Below, in pieces: positions 38,470-53,559 of a stretch of DNA of 64,000 nucleotides. Both the position numbers and the translations under genes were made by a program. The notes below the pieces were generated by a model. That model saw only the letters and a program-made list of their open reading frames with translations, ran no database searches and was not told the DNA's origin. The DNA is from the human T2T-CHM13v2.0 reference genome, Homo sapiens: assembly GCF_009914755.1 (NCBI RefSeq), contig NC_060934.1; one strand, written 5' to 3'. The stretch's first letter is position 1; each line of letters begins with the position of its first letter.

Positions 38470-40016
38470 AGTAAATCCTCTTTGGTGGAACACAATATCA
38501 TCCAGACTATTAAATTATTTCTATAATTTTTATATACAATATTCATCATTTAATTAATTTACTATATATAGCATAAGATAAAACTAAACAACTGAAAAAC
38601 AGGTAAAAATGTCCTCAATATAAACAGATCCAGTGACAGTCCAGATACTGGAGTTCTCAGACATAGATTTATAATATCAGTAATTTATATCTTCAATAAA
38701 ATATGTGAGAGAGTGGGAGATTTCAACAGAGAAAAGAGATCTATAAAAATAATAAAATGGAACTTTTAGAACTGAAAAATATAGTAATTGAAATGAAGAA
38801 TTTACATGTTTAATATCAGTTTAGACATAGCTGAAGAGAATATCAGTGAACTAGATGAAAGACTGATAGAAATATCCAAGTTGAATCATGAAAACAGAAA
38901 AAAGAAAAAAGACAGAAAATACAGAAGAGCATAAAAGACAAGTGGGCTGTGGTGAAAAGCTGTGGTAGGAGTCGCAGGACAAGAGTAGGGAGAGAATGGG
39001 GGAATATGATATTTGAAGGGATGATGGCTAAAAATTTTTGAATAGATTGAAAGAGACTAAGGTACATAGTTAAGTAGTGCTGCAAACCTCAAGGGAGAAA
39101 AATAAGCAATGCCATTTCTAAGAAAATCAGAGTAAAACTAGTGAATCCAAAGACAATCAGAAAAGAAAAAAGAGACTTTTTCTCTCTATTTCTAGTTGAA
39201 GAAGACAGAGAAAAATAAGATATACTATTTTCAAAGAAGAATAGGCCTGACAGTTGATTGAGTTTGATAGAAATGACAAAATCAAACATGAGAAAATAAC
39301 AATTTTAAATGCTTAAAGAAAATAATTTGCCTATTGTTCTTTATGTAGTGAAAATAAGGTTAAATGAAAAACATTTTTAGATATACAAAAAATGAGAGAA
39401 CACACTATTAGATGTTAAGACATTGAAAAGCTATAGTTAAAACACTTGCATTCATAAGGATAAACAAATAGATCAGTGGAACACAATAGAGAGTACAGAA
39501 ATAGATCACACTCATATAATTGGTTGATTTATGATGCTACCAATGGGACATCATACCAAGAGGAGAGTACCTAGCATTGGGAAAGGGTGGCCTCTTAAAT
39601 AAATGGAGCTGGGTCAATAGGATACCAGTAGGGAAAACACACTTCTTGACTCTACCTCATACAACACAAAAAATCAATTCCAACTTGATTATAGGTATAA
39701 ATTAGACAATAAAGCTTCTAGAAGGTAATAAAAATGAATATGTTCAAGACAAGTTAGACAAAGACTACTTATATGTGAAACAACAAGCACTAAACTTTAA
39801 AAAATGACAAATTAGGTAGATTAAAAGGAAAAACTTCTATCCATTCAAAAGCACCATTCCAAGCGTGAAAAAAGCTGCAAAATAAAACATATTTGTAACA
39901 CAAATATCCAGAAAATGGATTATAAACAAAACATGTAAAAAACTTACAGGTCAGTGAGAAATTCAATAGAGAAAGAAAGTTTTGAATAGGCATTTCACAA
40001 AACAGAATATCTAAAC

Positions 40017-40047
<31 letters not shown>

Positions 40048-41400
40048 ACACACACAAATACACATGCATGTGTACATATCTCAGCATCATTCATGAACAC
40101 AAATATGGAAAAGAAAAAAAAACCTGAATTATACACCATATGCCACCAAAATAGCTAAACTTTATCATCTCTCTCTCTCTCTCTCTATCTCTCATCTCTC
40201 TATCTATCTATTTTTAGCAGCAGAGTCTTGCTCTGTCACCCAAGCTGGAGTGCAGTGGCACAATCATAACAGCTAAAATATAAGAGACTGTCAAGACTCA
40301 ATGCCAAGATTTTGTGAAGATGTGGAGCACCTATAACGCACATACACTCTAGTACTGGTGGGGTTATTAACCAGCACTATCGCTAAAACTGAACATATCC
40401 ATACCCTTTGTTTTAGATTACACTCCCCTAAAATCAAACACAGACAATCCTATTGCAAGAGGTTTCTTCACATAAGGGAGACAGGGTAGGGAAGGAAACT
40501 AAAAAGAGTGTGTGAATTCTTAAGCAAATTACCAGGGTTGACAACTGAAGTTGACTAGAGAGCTTTGGGAGACAGTGTAGAAGATGCTCTGGGATTAGAG
40601 GCAGTCATTGTTTAAGGGCTGCTACCAGAGATGTTAATCCCCTGACTTCCAGCCCACCGTGTGCATGTGTGACTGTGTGTATATGTGTGTATGTGTCTGG
40701 GGAGCAGGGTGCTCAGCCAGCTCCAGTGGCCACAGAAAGCCCTCATGCAAAGGATAGAAATGGTAAGAACCATGTGGTTATGAGTGAAATACCAGGAGCC
40801 TCTGCTTTACCTTATAACCCAGATCATCAATTTCTAGGAATATATCTAGCAAAAATACAAACACATGAATACTAGAGGCATGAACAAGAACATTCATAGC
40901 AGCATTAATTTTAACAGCCCCAAACTGGGGAAAAAAACTAATGTTGATGATAGTAGTATACATAAATATATTGTATTATGTTATAAGAAAAATATAAGCA
41001 ATGAGAATGAATAAACTACTGTCCTATGTAGCAATATGGACGAAATGTGCAGATATCACATTGAGAGGAAAATACCAGACAGAGAGTACATATTGTATGG
41101 CTCCATTTACATACAGTCAAAATCAAGTAAAACCCATTTGTGGTATGAGAGGTCAGGATATTCATAGTTGCCTTAAGGAAAGTGGTGCATGTAGTGACTG
41201 GCCTGGGACAACAGGTGCCATTCCACTGTGTGCGGAATGTTCTATCTCTTGATTAGGGGGTGTTATATATATGCGTGTGTTGTCTTTATGAAAATTCATT
41301 GAGTATATGAGTATGCTTATGATTTGTGGCCTTACTATAAAGCCACAAAGATATATATATATATGTTATTTTCCAATGAATAGTTTATTTTAACAAATAT
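38470..41400 (+). mobile_element. Fragmented ancient L1M: ORF1 remnant, ORF2 3' part and 3'UTR, with small inserts
   Basis: ORF1-like MELLELKNIVIEMKN..LDIAEENISELDER; TAGATCAGTGGAACACAATAGAGAGT; AAGAACATTCATAGCAGC. Confidence 0.65.
40017..40056. repeat. Imperfect (CA)n
   Basis: Read directly. Confidence 0.9.
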
Positions 41401-42244
41401 AAACATAAGCCATTTAAGAATTAATGGCAACACTGATTTTACATTCCTTGAGAAAGAGAAATTCTCACTCTTGTCAGCGAGTTAATCCTGCACCCTTTAA
41501 TTACATTTTAGGCAATTCTATTGGAGGGTATTGGAGAACTCATCACCTCAGTCTGTGATTAGATGTGAATACTCTGGAGAAATGACTAGGACATGCCAAA
41601 TGTTAAATCTTCATTATCATATGTTCTCTTTTGCAAGTTCCTAGCTTCAGCTCTATTTTTATATTGCCTTTAACAGTTCCATAGTCCTGAGCAACTATGG
41701 CTGGTTTTTGTGAAATACATCTCATTATGAGACCAAAAGAAAATGTCTTTGTTTTTCTGATCAGTTCAGTTCTTAGGAATCCTTTGTGCAAATCACACCC
41801 CCTACTACTCTTTTTAAACATATTAAACTTTTACCAAAATCCTGATCTCTAGGCAAGTCTAACTGCTCTTCTCTATGTTTTTACAGAAGCATAATATATG
41901 TTTTGTCCACTATCTTGTAAAGAGATATGCCCTTCATTATCCTTCTGAGAGCAACCCTAGACATGGTAGGCAGAGTCATCTGGGTTCACAGATAAATGGA
42001 GACAGAGCTTAAGTATTTTTAGAAATGTAGTCAAAGCCAATAGGAGCTGCTTTTGAAATGCAAATGAGAATTGCATTGCCAGAAGGCAGATGTTGTAAGA
42101 AAAAAAGCATGGGTATGTGGCATGATACCCTGCCAGAGGTTATATTTGTGATTTTTCTCTTTTCTGAGACAGAGGTAGTAGAAAACCTGTTTAGGATTAG
42201 CAACAGTGTCTTTCATCACACTCTCCAATTCCTTGAGTTTATAG

Positions 42245-42963
<719 letters not shown>

Positions 42964-43501
42964 TAGGAGCCAGAGAGGGATAAAAAAGGAGCAAGCAAAG
43001 TCAGATAAAGCCCCAGATGACAGAGGTATGCTGTGATCAACAGTTGGGGTGTGTGGTAATAGAGGAACAAAGAAGGGGTAGAGATCCCTATGAATTATTT
43101 GTCTTTAGCCAAGAAGAAAATTAAGGATTGATAAGAATACTCGTCAAGAAAACTTTTATAAAACTGCTTAGTATTTAATCCTGTATAAACCTAACTGAAG
43201 GACATAAACATCTGTTTAATTACTATAGTTTTATGGTTTGTAACCTAACATAAGCTAATAATTGACATTGCTGAACATAAAATTATGTGTTTGTTCTAAA
43301 TGCTGGGAATGAATTGTGATAGAAGAGACAAAATTAATTCAATTGGAGATACGTGGAGAAAATGGGCAGGAAATAGGGAGAAGTCTGGCTTTGGGGGATA
43401 TTTCTTTTTCCACCTATGTCTTCATTTATTTTGAGGCATTTAAACATGTATCAATATATCTTTTCCATTCTGACTCTACCCTGCTTTAAACTTCTGTTTT
43501 A

Positions 43502-43861
<360 letters not shown>

Positions 43862-43899
43862 TCACTGGACAGTGCTGGGTGCTACCAACTCTGCTGATG

Positions 43900-44385
43900 A
43901 TGGTAAGAAACTGACCGGACATCCTTAAAATGGTTTTCTAAGTTCAGTAGTTCCCTCAGACTGACTAAACTTTAGACAGGTTTCTTCCTGACTAAAAGTA
44001 CCTAACTTCCCTTTACTTAGACTGTTTGCTTTAGAAAACATGAAATTATAAATTCTTTCTCTGCCCCTTTGAGATGTAAATCTTCTATAAATTATGTCTT
44101 TCTTAAGGACCCAGGAGAAATCTACTTCAAATGCAATCACCAAGAAAAATACCCACCACATCCCAGGCTCTGTGAGAGAGTAGGAGAATAACTTTGATGA
44201 ACACCAATTAGCAAACACAGGGGGCTGAATCACATAAACAATCTTCCCGCTAATATCCTTTAGTACTTTACCACTAGTTTTTATTTCTGTGGAGTTGAGG
44301 TCAATCTCTCTCCTCTACTGCAATAGTCTTGAATAAAGTCTTCCTTGCCTTTTAATTGGACTGCTATAATTTTTCTTTTACAAAA
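43900..44385 (+). mobile_element. ERV1 LTR (MER67/MER31 group)
   Basis: CTAAACTTTAGACAGG...AAATTCTTTCTCTGCCCCTTTGAGATGTAAATCTTCT...GTCTTGAATAAAGTCTTCCTTGCC. Confidence 0.65.
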
Positions 44386-44889
44386 CTTAACAAAATATTG
44401 CTTTCAGTGTAAGTGCATTTGAAGAAGCCAAAAATTCTACAAATTATGTAGTTGCAGTTTATCCTGGTATTGGAGAACCTCCTCCACACCCTGCCACACA
44501 CTGCTACCCCCCTTAAGATAATAGCACTTGTAATATTTAGCAGCTCCTGTACTTTCAAGCTGGAAATTCCCTAAAGGTCCAGCCAGAGTTCTGGCTAGAC
44601 TTAATACTTCTGAACTCAAAAAAATGAGCCAAAAAATGGGAGGAATGTATATAACTGAGGCAGGTGGAGAGCAAATTCTGTGAGGGTCTTTTGATTCTAT
44701 AAATAGAAACAGTTTCAGAAGTTGATTCCTATCAGATGTTCAAACATTTTCTCTGCTGTTGGCATCAATATTAACAGCTTGTCTTGTGATCACATCTTTC
44801 ATTTATGTGAAAAGAAGCTAGTCTCCAACCTCATCTTGGCATCCCTCATAACTTAGGGTTCAACCTTAATGTGTCCCTTGCTTATACTA

Positions 44890-45220
<331 letters not shown>

Positions 45221-45714
45221 CCTCCAAAACATTTCTTCTTCCTAAGATAGTAACCTCAGTGAGCACAAAGATGAGGTTTGTTTTGCTCACAGTGCCTTGC
45301 ATGTAATACACACCTAGTAAATATTTGTTGAATATTCAACAAATTCCAAAGTTGAATATTCTCACATTTGTTTTATGGTTTTGTCATTGGCTGACATAAA
45401 TGCCAATTTCCTAAATTTTTGATTATGTCACTTTAGAAATGTCTTCCTGGGTACTTCAAACTATTTATGCATTCAAACAGGAGGCTATTTGTTTGATTTA
45501 TCTTTTCAGTCGAGGGTAGGGAATCTGTTCCAAGTCACTTATTTTATCCTCCTCTCTAGTTCATTGTAATTAAAGGCCAAGCTGAGAAAACAAGAGACTT
45601 CCAAGACTGATGGTATAACTTTTATCTGTAGCAGAGGGGAAATTAAGGGATCATGCAGGGACTGAACTCTTAATGACCAATGAACCTCTAACAAAATCAA
45701 AATAAAGCATTTAA

Positions 45715-46027
<313 letters not shown>

Positions 46028-46139
46028 TACTAGTCTAGCTTTTGAAAAATCTCTTATCATTGAGAATGTTATTATCATGTAAAGATACATAGACTACCCA
46101 GAAAGTCCCACAGCACCAAACTGGGCTGTATAGCATTGT

Positions 46140-46700
46140 ACCAGTCAGGCTGTATTAACTAGGAGTATTAGAAAACTCCACTACAATGATTACAAAATGC
46201 AGGTATTGTTTTCCATGTAACAAGAAGTCTAGAGGTAGGTGATCTAGTGTTGCTGCACTGGCTCAGCGATGTTGTTGAGGACTTAGACTCTTTCCATTTG
46301 TCTTCTCCACCTTTCTTGGAATGCTGACATTTTTCCTCCTTCTTGCTTCCTCATGGTGACCACATAGTCGCTTCCCTTGGCAATGTAGGCAGCAAGGAGA
46401 AAGGGAAAAAGGGAGAGGCCCAAGACAGTCATATCTATCCATTTTAATAACTAAGAATAACCTTTCCTTGATGCCACACTCAGATCCTCCCACTTAGCTG
46501 TTGGCCACTCCTACTTAAATCACAGCCAACTGTTAGGAGGGTGGCAAGGCTGGATTGAAGCATCATGGTTTATACTCTGAGAGGAGTCCAGCCATCCTGA
46601 GTTCAAGGGCTCTCTGCCACCTGAATAAATGTGGATTTTGTTAGAAGAGAGAAATGGGATTGGGGAGGTTTGGATGTTGTTTAAACAGTCGATATTGTCT
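46140..46700. mobile_element. Old MLT1-type LTR
   Basis: CATGTAACAAGAAGTCTAGAGGTAGG...CCTCATGGTGAC...TGGCCACTCCTA. Confidence 0.5.
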
Positions 46701-46724
46701 ACCATACCTTTTCTTTTAAAACCC

Positions 46725-46950
46725 AATGTCTACTGGACACTTACTGTGTGTCAGGCACTGTAAATTTCTCCTGAATTAACTTAACGCTCCTAACAACCCT
46801 GTGCAGTAGGTACTGTTATCTTCATATTACAGAGGAGGAAACTGAGCAGCAAAAGTTTCAGTAATTTGCTCAAGGTCTTACAGCTAAAAAGGAGCACAGC
46901 CTGTACTTGAACTCCAGCACTTTATTTCTTGGACCCACCACTTTTCCATG
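46725..46950 (-). mobile_element. MIR
   Basis: CCTAACAACCCTGTGCAGTAGGTACTGTTATC..TTACAGAGGAGGAAACTGAG. Confidence 0.8.
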
Positions 46951-48597
46951 TTGATTAATCTTATTCTCTATGCCATTTGTGGCTTTAAAAAAGTACAATA
47001 CCTAGGGTAATTTTTTCTTACATGATTTTAGGAAGAGTGATATTTATAACAAGTTGACATACTGCCAAACTGATTTTGATTTGTGAAGCATCTAATGGGG
47101 ATTTTTAAAAGTAATTAAGTATGAAGCTTTCCTTCTTGTTAGTTTCAAATGTTGAAGAATCCCATATCTAACATATATCTGTTGACTTTAATTCTACAAA
47201 CCTTTACAGACAACCCACTATGTGACAGGAATCACAAAGGCAGAGCTAGATAATAAAAGTACTCTAGTCAAGGACACAGGCTCATAAACAAATAATTATA
47301 ACATGATAAGTGTTATCATAACAAAATGTACAATTACACTCAGGCTGACAGATTAGCCTAAGGCTGGGAACTCTATGGGGGGAGGTGAAAATTGAATTGA
47401 GCTTTGAATGAGCAAATATTTGAAACCCATTAGAATCAGTAAAAGTGATCAAATGTTGAAGCAGAACCTTGAGAAATTGGAAGCTGTAACATGTTTAGAT
47501 AGCTTTGAATGCAAAATGTGCAGCTTGATGATTAACTTTCACTTATCTTGTGAAAGGAGTTTGAGAACAAACATGAGCTCATATAAATGTAATTGGCTTT
47601 AGAAATATGTTGGATTTTGTAAGCACCAATACTTTTATTTGATCATCAAAATCCCAAGCAATGGCTAGATATGTAATAAAACAAATATAACAAAACATCA
47701 ATTGCAGAATCTATATAGTAGGTATATGGGTGTTCATTATACAACTCTTTCGAATTTTCTTTATGTTTGAGAATTTTCACAATAAAATATTGGTAAATAA
47801 AAACAATGTAATATGTCTCCTCGGGAAGGCTGAGAATATCCAGGACATATAGTTTACTTGTATAGCTCTTGCATTTGTACAAAGCTGGTGTTTTTCTGTA
47901 CCTAGGGATATAGGTCAAGACAGTCAGCTCAAGTTTAAGCTAATCAGATAGTCCAATCCCTTAGCCATAGTTATTGATTCAAGTAAGAAGATATATACAA
48001 AGATAGGCTATTAAGATTTGAATGAAGTTTGTTGACATCTTCAGGGGAAGGAAATTTCCTCGCTCTTTGGAGAGTTTCTGAAACCATCTGATCTTTCTCT
48101 TGGGTTGTAGAAGAAGAAGGCTATACTTAAAAATGGTTGAGAGTCATTTAAAAATGACCAGAGAAAACCTAGCAGAAGAAAAGTAGGTCCTTATTGCCAC
48201 CACTGTAAAGCTACTAAACCAAATCTTTATACCTAATCTTTACAGTTAAACATACAAATAAATTCTTCGTTAATCCAGTGTGCATTCTACTGAATATATC
48301 TTTTTATGAATCTCATATGTGAAATAAACACAAAATTCATGTAAGGAGACAAAATAATGATATTAAAATTGTATAAGGAAGTGCAAAAATATATGTATTC
48401 TAATCCATCCCAAAAGGTAAGTTTTCAGCTTACAAAAAGGTAAGAACTATCCATATAGTTAATAAATAATTTCAAGTTAACATCAGAAACCGATGTCATT
48501 GATTATCAATAAGTACTTTTTCAACTTAAAGCAGTGTATTTAGTTCTGAATGTTCTAAAATTTTCCAGAAATAATGTCTTTCTGATGGCTACCACTA

Positions 48598-48975
48598 ATG
48601 TATTAGTCTGCTCAGGCTGCCTTAACAAAAATACCACAGACAGGCTTGGTGGCTCAAAAAAGAAATTTATTTTCTCAGAGTTCTGGAGGATGGAAGTCCA
48701 AGATCAAGGTGGTTAGGGGTTGGTGAGGTTGAGCTGGCAGACAGCTTCTTTTTGCTGAGTCCTGTCCTTTTCCCTGTGCCACAGAGAGAACGAAAGCTCT
48801 CTGGTGATTCTTTCTCTTTTTATATGGACACCGGTCCTGTTGGATTAGGGCTTTGCTCATATGACCTAATTTAACCTAATTACATCTTTAAATGCCCTAT
48901 CTCCAAATATAGTCACATTGGGGGTCAGGATTTCAACATATGAATTTGGGGGGGGATGCAATTCAGTGCGTAACA
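48598..48975 (-). mobile_element. MLT1A-type solo LTR
   Basis: TGTATTAGTCTGCTCAGGCTGCC...AATTCAGTGCGTAACA. Confidence 0.85.
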
Positions 48976-49202
48976 TGTATGTGAATGCATACACACACAC
49001 ACTCACACATGCACATTTATATTTCTATCCTCAACCTTGGTAAATGTGTGACCTTTGAAGTGAAACATTGCAAAACATGAGTGAACCTTGCAGATGCTTA
49101 TTCCTTTATGTGCTCCCTCTCACCCACCACCATACTCTACATACACACCAGGAAAAAACTAAAAAAAAAACACTTAGTAGGCAGTCATTGCATCATAGAT
49201 AT

Positions 49203-49605
49203 GGTTGCCAGATCAAAAAAAAATACCATTTAAGTTTTAATTTTATATAAAAAAATATTGCTTCGGATATGCTGAAAACCTATTATTTGGGCTGGCCATG
49301 GTGGCTCATTCCTGTAATACCAACACTTTGGAAGACTGAGGTGAGAGGATGGCTTGAGGCCAAGAGTTTGAGACCAAACTGGGCAATGTAGTGAGGCCCT
49401 GTCTCTAACAAAAACAACAACGACAAAAATGGGTCATGGTGGTACGTGCCTGTAGTCCAGCTACTCAGGAGGCTGAGTTTGGAGGATTGCAGCCTCGGTG
49501 ACAGAAAGATACCCTGTCACAAAAAAGATAACAAAATAATCCTATTACTTGATGTTTATCTGAAATTCAAATATAACCCGATGTCCTGTATATTATCTGG
49601 CAACC
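49203..49605. mobile_element. MER53-like MITE interrupted by an AluJ (49290-49530, +)
   Basis: TIRs GGTTGCCAGAT / ATCTGGCAACC; the Alu right arm is internally deleted. Confidence 0.75.
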
Positions 49606-50424
49606 TTAATCATAGATTGAGGATTTTTTTGTTGTTAGTCTTGGAAAGAGGGAAATATTACCTTTATGTTCAGGAATAAGCTTAATTTTTGATCCCGCTC
49701 AACCCTGCTAGATCATATGTCCTGGCCAATTCTGGTTGAGACTGCTGCCGAGTATATTGCATTACATTCCTACTTCATGTTTAATTTCATCAATGTCAAA
49801 TGTTTTTGGTGTGGCTTCAGATGGGTGGCTATGTGACAGGCTGTGAACACCAGGCAAGAGAAACCTCAGCTTCTGGTTTTACTAAGTATAACTTTTTAAA
49901 AACAGCTTGACAGCAACACATGCTTAGTGCAGAGACCTCTCTGAGGACCATATCTGTGTGCTGCAATGGAAGTTGATCTCTTTGCATTGTTGATTTTCAA
50001 TAAAGGTTGTGGTACAGTTGAATTGTACACTTTCCCCCAAAAAAGATATATTGAGAAACTAAGCCCTGGTACCTCAGAATGTGGCCTTATTTGGAAATAG
50101 GGTCTTTGCAGATTGTGATTGGTTACCTCGAGATGAAGTCATATTGGAATAAGGTGGCTTCTAATCTTAGGTGACTGTTATCCACATAAGAGGTCACCAA
50201 TGTGAAGACAGAGACATACAGGGGGAATATCATGTGACAACAAAGGCAAAGATTGGAGTTACGCAGCTGTGAGCCAAGAAATGTTGAAGGTTGCCAGCAA
50301 AGCACCAGAAGCTAGGAAGAGTCAAGAAAGGGTTCTATTTCTGACAGGGAGAGCGTGGCCATGCCGACACTTTGATTATGGACTTCTAGCCTCCAGAAGT
50401 GTAAGACAATACATTTCTGTTGTT

Positions 50425-51036
50425 CAGAAAAACAAATACAGCATGTTCTCACGTGTAAGTATGAACTAAACATTGAGTACACACAAATATAAAGATGGGA
50501 ACAATAGGCTAGGCATGGTGGCTCACATTTGTAATCCTAGCACTTTAGGAGGCTGACAGGGGTGGATCACTTGAGGTCAGGAGTTTCAGACCAGCCTGGC
50601 CAACATGGCAAAACCCTGTCTCTACTAAAAATACAAAAATTAGCCAAGCATGGTGGCGTGCGCCTGTAATTCCAGCTACTGGGAGGTTGAGGCGTGAGAA
50701 TTGCTTGAACCAGGGAGGTGGAGTTTGCACTGAGCTGAGATTGTGCCACTTCACTTCAGCCTTAGCGGCAGAGTGAGACTCTGTCTCAGGAAAAAAAAAT
50801 ATATATATGTGTATATATATATGAACAATACATACTGGGGAATACTGGGGATTACTAGAGTGGGGAGGGAGGAAGGTGGATTTGGGTTGAAAAACTACCC
50901 ATTGGGTACAATGCTGACAACCTGGGTGACAGAATCCTTACCCCAAACTTTGGCATTCACACAATATACCCATGTAACAAACCTGCACATGTACCCCCCC
51001 GAATCCAAAATAAAAGTTGAAATTACTAAAAAAAAC
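50425..51036 (+). mobile_element. L1PB-type 3' end
   Basis: TSD TCTGTTGTT at 50416-50424 and 51037-51045. Confidence 0.8.
50507..50822 (+). mobile_element. AluS with tail decayed to (TA)n
   Basis: TSD GAACAATA at 50499-50506 and 50823-50830. Confidence 0.9.
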
Positions 51037-52945
51037 TCTGTTGTTTTAAGCTGCCCAGTTTGTGGCACTTCATTACAGCACCCCTAGGAAACTAATACAG
51101 ATTGTTACAATTTTTACTGTTATTATCAGAAGAACAATAGAATAGAGCCACTGAGGGATGAGCTAGGTGTAAGGCGAATCGTGGGGCCTACTTATAAGTG
51201 TTTGAAGTGTCATGCCTTTGGAGGAAAAGTCTATTCCTACCAAAGAAATGGACACCTGAACTCCTGACAGCTCAGACCTTCTTTAAAAAAATTATTTTTT
51301 GATGGCACTTCTTATTTCACTTTACTGCAACAATTCCAATGAGAAGTGCAAAAGGATTTTTATTGTCATATCAGATTTACATGGTAAAATTTAATGTACT
51401 TCTTGTCAGTTTTAAACACTGGAAATATCAATAAAATGTCAAATTATATTTGACTTCAAACCCAAGTGGTTATAAAAATGCAATACAAATTTACAATCAT
51501 TTAGTCTTCCCCTTTTCCCACAATAAAACCCTGTTTTATTCTTTATGGGAAGCTAAACTTATTTTGCTCAAAGCTGATAATTTATTAAGGCTTACATCAG
51601 ATCTGAAGTATGTTTCTCTTAGAAATCAATGGTAGGCCTGGAACGAGGACCAAACTTTTTAATTATGGCTTTGAAGTAATGTAATTGTGGTTTTTAATGC
51701 CTCATTCATCTGCTTGAAGGATTATATGAGTTTGTTCAAAGTTCTGGAAGCAATAAAATTAATTTTTATGGACAGTGAGCCAGCAAAAGGATACTGGTGA
51801 TGCTAATTGGAGTGTATGACATAATATCTCTTAATGCATTTTGTGATCTATCTTACACAATGAACATCTTGCCCAGGGTGTCAGCAGGAACTGCATCAAA
51901 GGAACTTTTGTCGGCCTTCTGTTCAAATACCTGCTTTTTTTCTTTCTCTTTTTCTGCATTCCTGGTATTAAAACAATTTATTCTCTCTTGGATGAAAGAT
52001 TCAGTGGCATGCAGCTGATGTTTCTTACCGCTATTTATGAGGATTTGAGGCCAAGCCTGTCTACAGATTAAGGTTTTTAGGCAATGCTCATTTCAGTGAT
52101 CAAGAAGGTCAGCCATTCCTTTCAAGTGAGCGTAGCTGAATGGGCCATAGTCACCACTGAGAGTGAAGCTTATAAGAGAATTCAATAAAAGGAGAAGGAG
52201 AATGCTAGAGAGAGCACATAAGGAGAGATCCTGGTGGAGCATATCCTGGCACCTTTCCTTGGACTCCCAAAGAAAGCATTTTTATAGTATTTGAGGATAA
52301 TCAGATTTCTGGATCATAACTTGCTCAGGCAGGGCAAACATTAAAAAATAAAGTTCAAATCTTTTCATGTTTCACCCTTTCCCTCCTGCATACATTTGTG
52401 GGTTTTTTTTAATTTCAATTTTTATAATTATGTGGCATCATATATGTCTTTGTAATGCCAATGGACTATTTATTCATCCCCTTTTTCTAGAAAGGTAACT
52501 ATCTAGTATATCTGGAAATATTCATTTTCTACCTAATAATTCATTTTTATTTTTTTCTGATGTTCATTTTATTCTAATGTTCTTTCTTCTACATTTTAGT
52601 AGCATTTCACAAAATTAAGATGCACTTTGTATATAACTTAGGTTGGTCCATATCAAAAGTAAATATTGAACATAAAAAAGGAATTTATAAAATTATTTTT
52701 CTAGTTTTGAGGTTTAGTTGGAATCGGCTATTTGACCCTTAGCATACTTCTGTGTTTTGTAGCTTGTTCTCCGTCTGTCTCTTAAGCTTCTCCTAAATGA
52801 TGACTTCATATTTTCTCTACACCCCACAGACATCTGAGTCCTCCCTCCACCTTTCTCCTTCAGTCAATGGCTTGGCTTCATTGTTCATGAAAAAAAAAAT
52901 GATCAGATGAGATTTTTATTTTTATATCCAGCATATAAAAATTGT

Positions 52946-53485
52946 TGTGGTGGGCAGAATAATTCTCCTCCCCCCATCTGCCAAATAGCTAGCTCCTAAT
53001 TTTTGGAAATGGTGAATAGATTAAGTTACACAGCAATGGGGAATTGAGGTTGTGGGTAGAATTTAAGTTGCTAGCTAATCAGCTCACCCAGAAATAGGAA
53101 GACTATCCTAGATTATCCAGGTGGACCAAATGTAGCCATAAAAGTTCTTTACAAAGTGGACAAGAAAGGCAGCATAGGAGGTCAGGGTGACGCACTGTGA
53201 GAAGGACTCAACGTGAGTTTGTTGGCTTCAAAGATGGAGGAAGGGAGCGATGAGCGAAGGAACGTGGGTGGCCTTAAGTAGCTGGCAAGGAAGAAAGCAT
53301 CCTACCCAGAGCCTACAGGAAGAAATGCAGCCCTAAAGATATCTTGATTTCTGCCTGGTGAGACCCACATTAGTTGTCTGACCTACACAACTGTAACATA
53401 ATAATTTGTGTTTATTGAGCTTGTGGTAATTTGTTGGTTTGAATTTGTGGTAATTAGTAACAGCAGAAAACTGAAAATTAATCAA
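52946..53485 (+). mobile_element. MLT1D-type LTR
   Basis: TGTGGTGGGCAGAATAAT...GATTATCCAGGTGGACC...TTTGTGGTAATT. Confidence 0.8.
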
Positions 53486-53559
53486 CAATCAAACCAACAA
53501 ACCAAACTAAATGAAATAACCCAAACACAAATATAACCAAAAGAAACCTTCCCAGACCC

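Larger units (their letters stand above)
50008..51099 (+). mobile_element. MLT1C-type LTR split by a nested L1 and Alu
   Basis: GGTACCTCAGAATGTGGCCTTATTTGGAAATAGGGTC...GAAACTAATACA. Confidence 0.85.
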
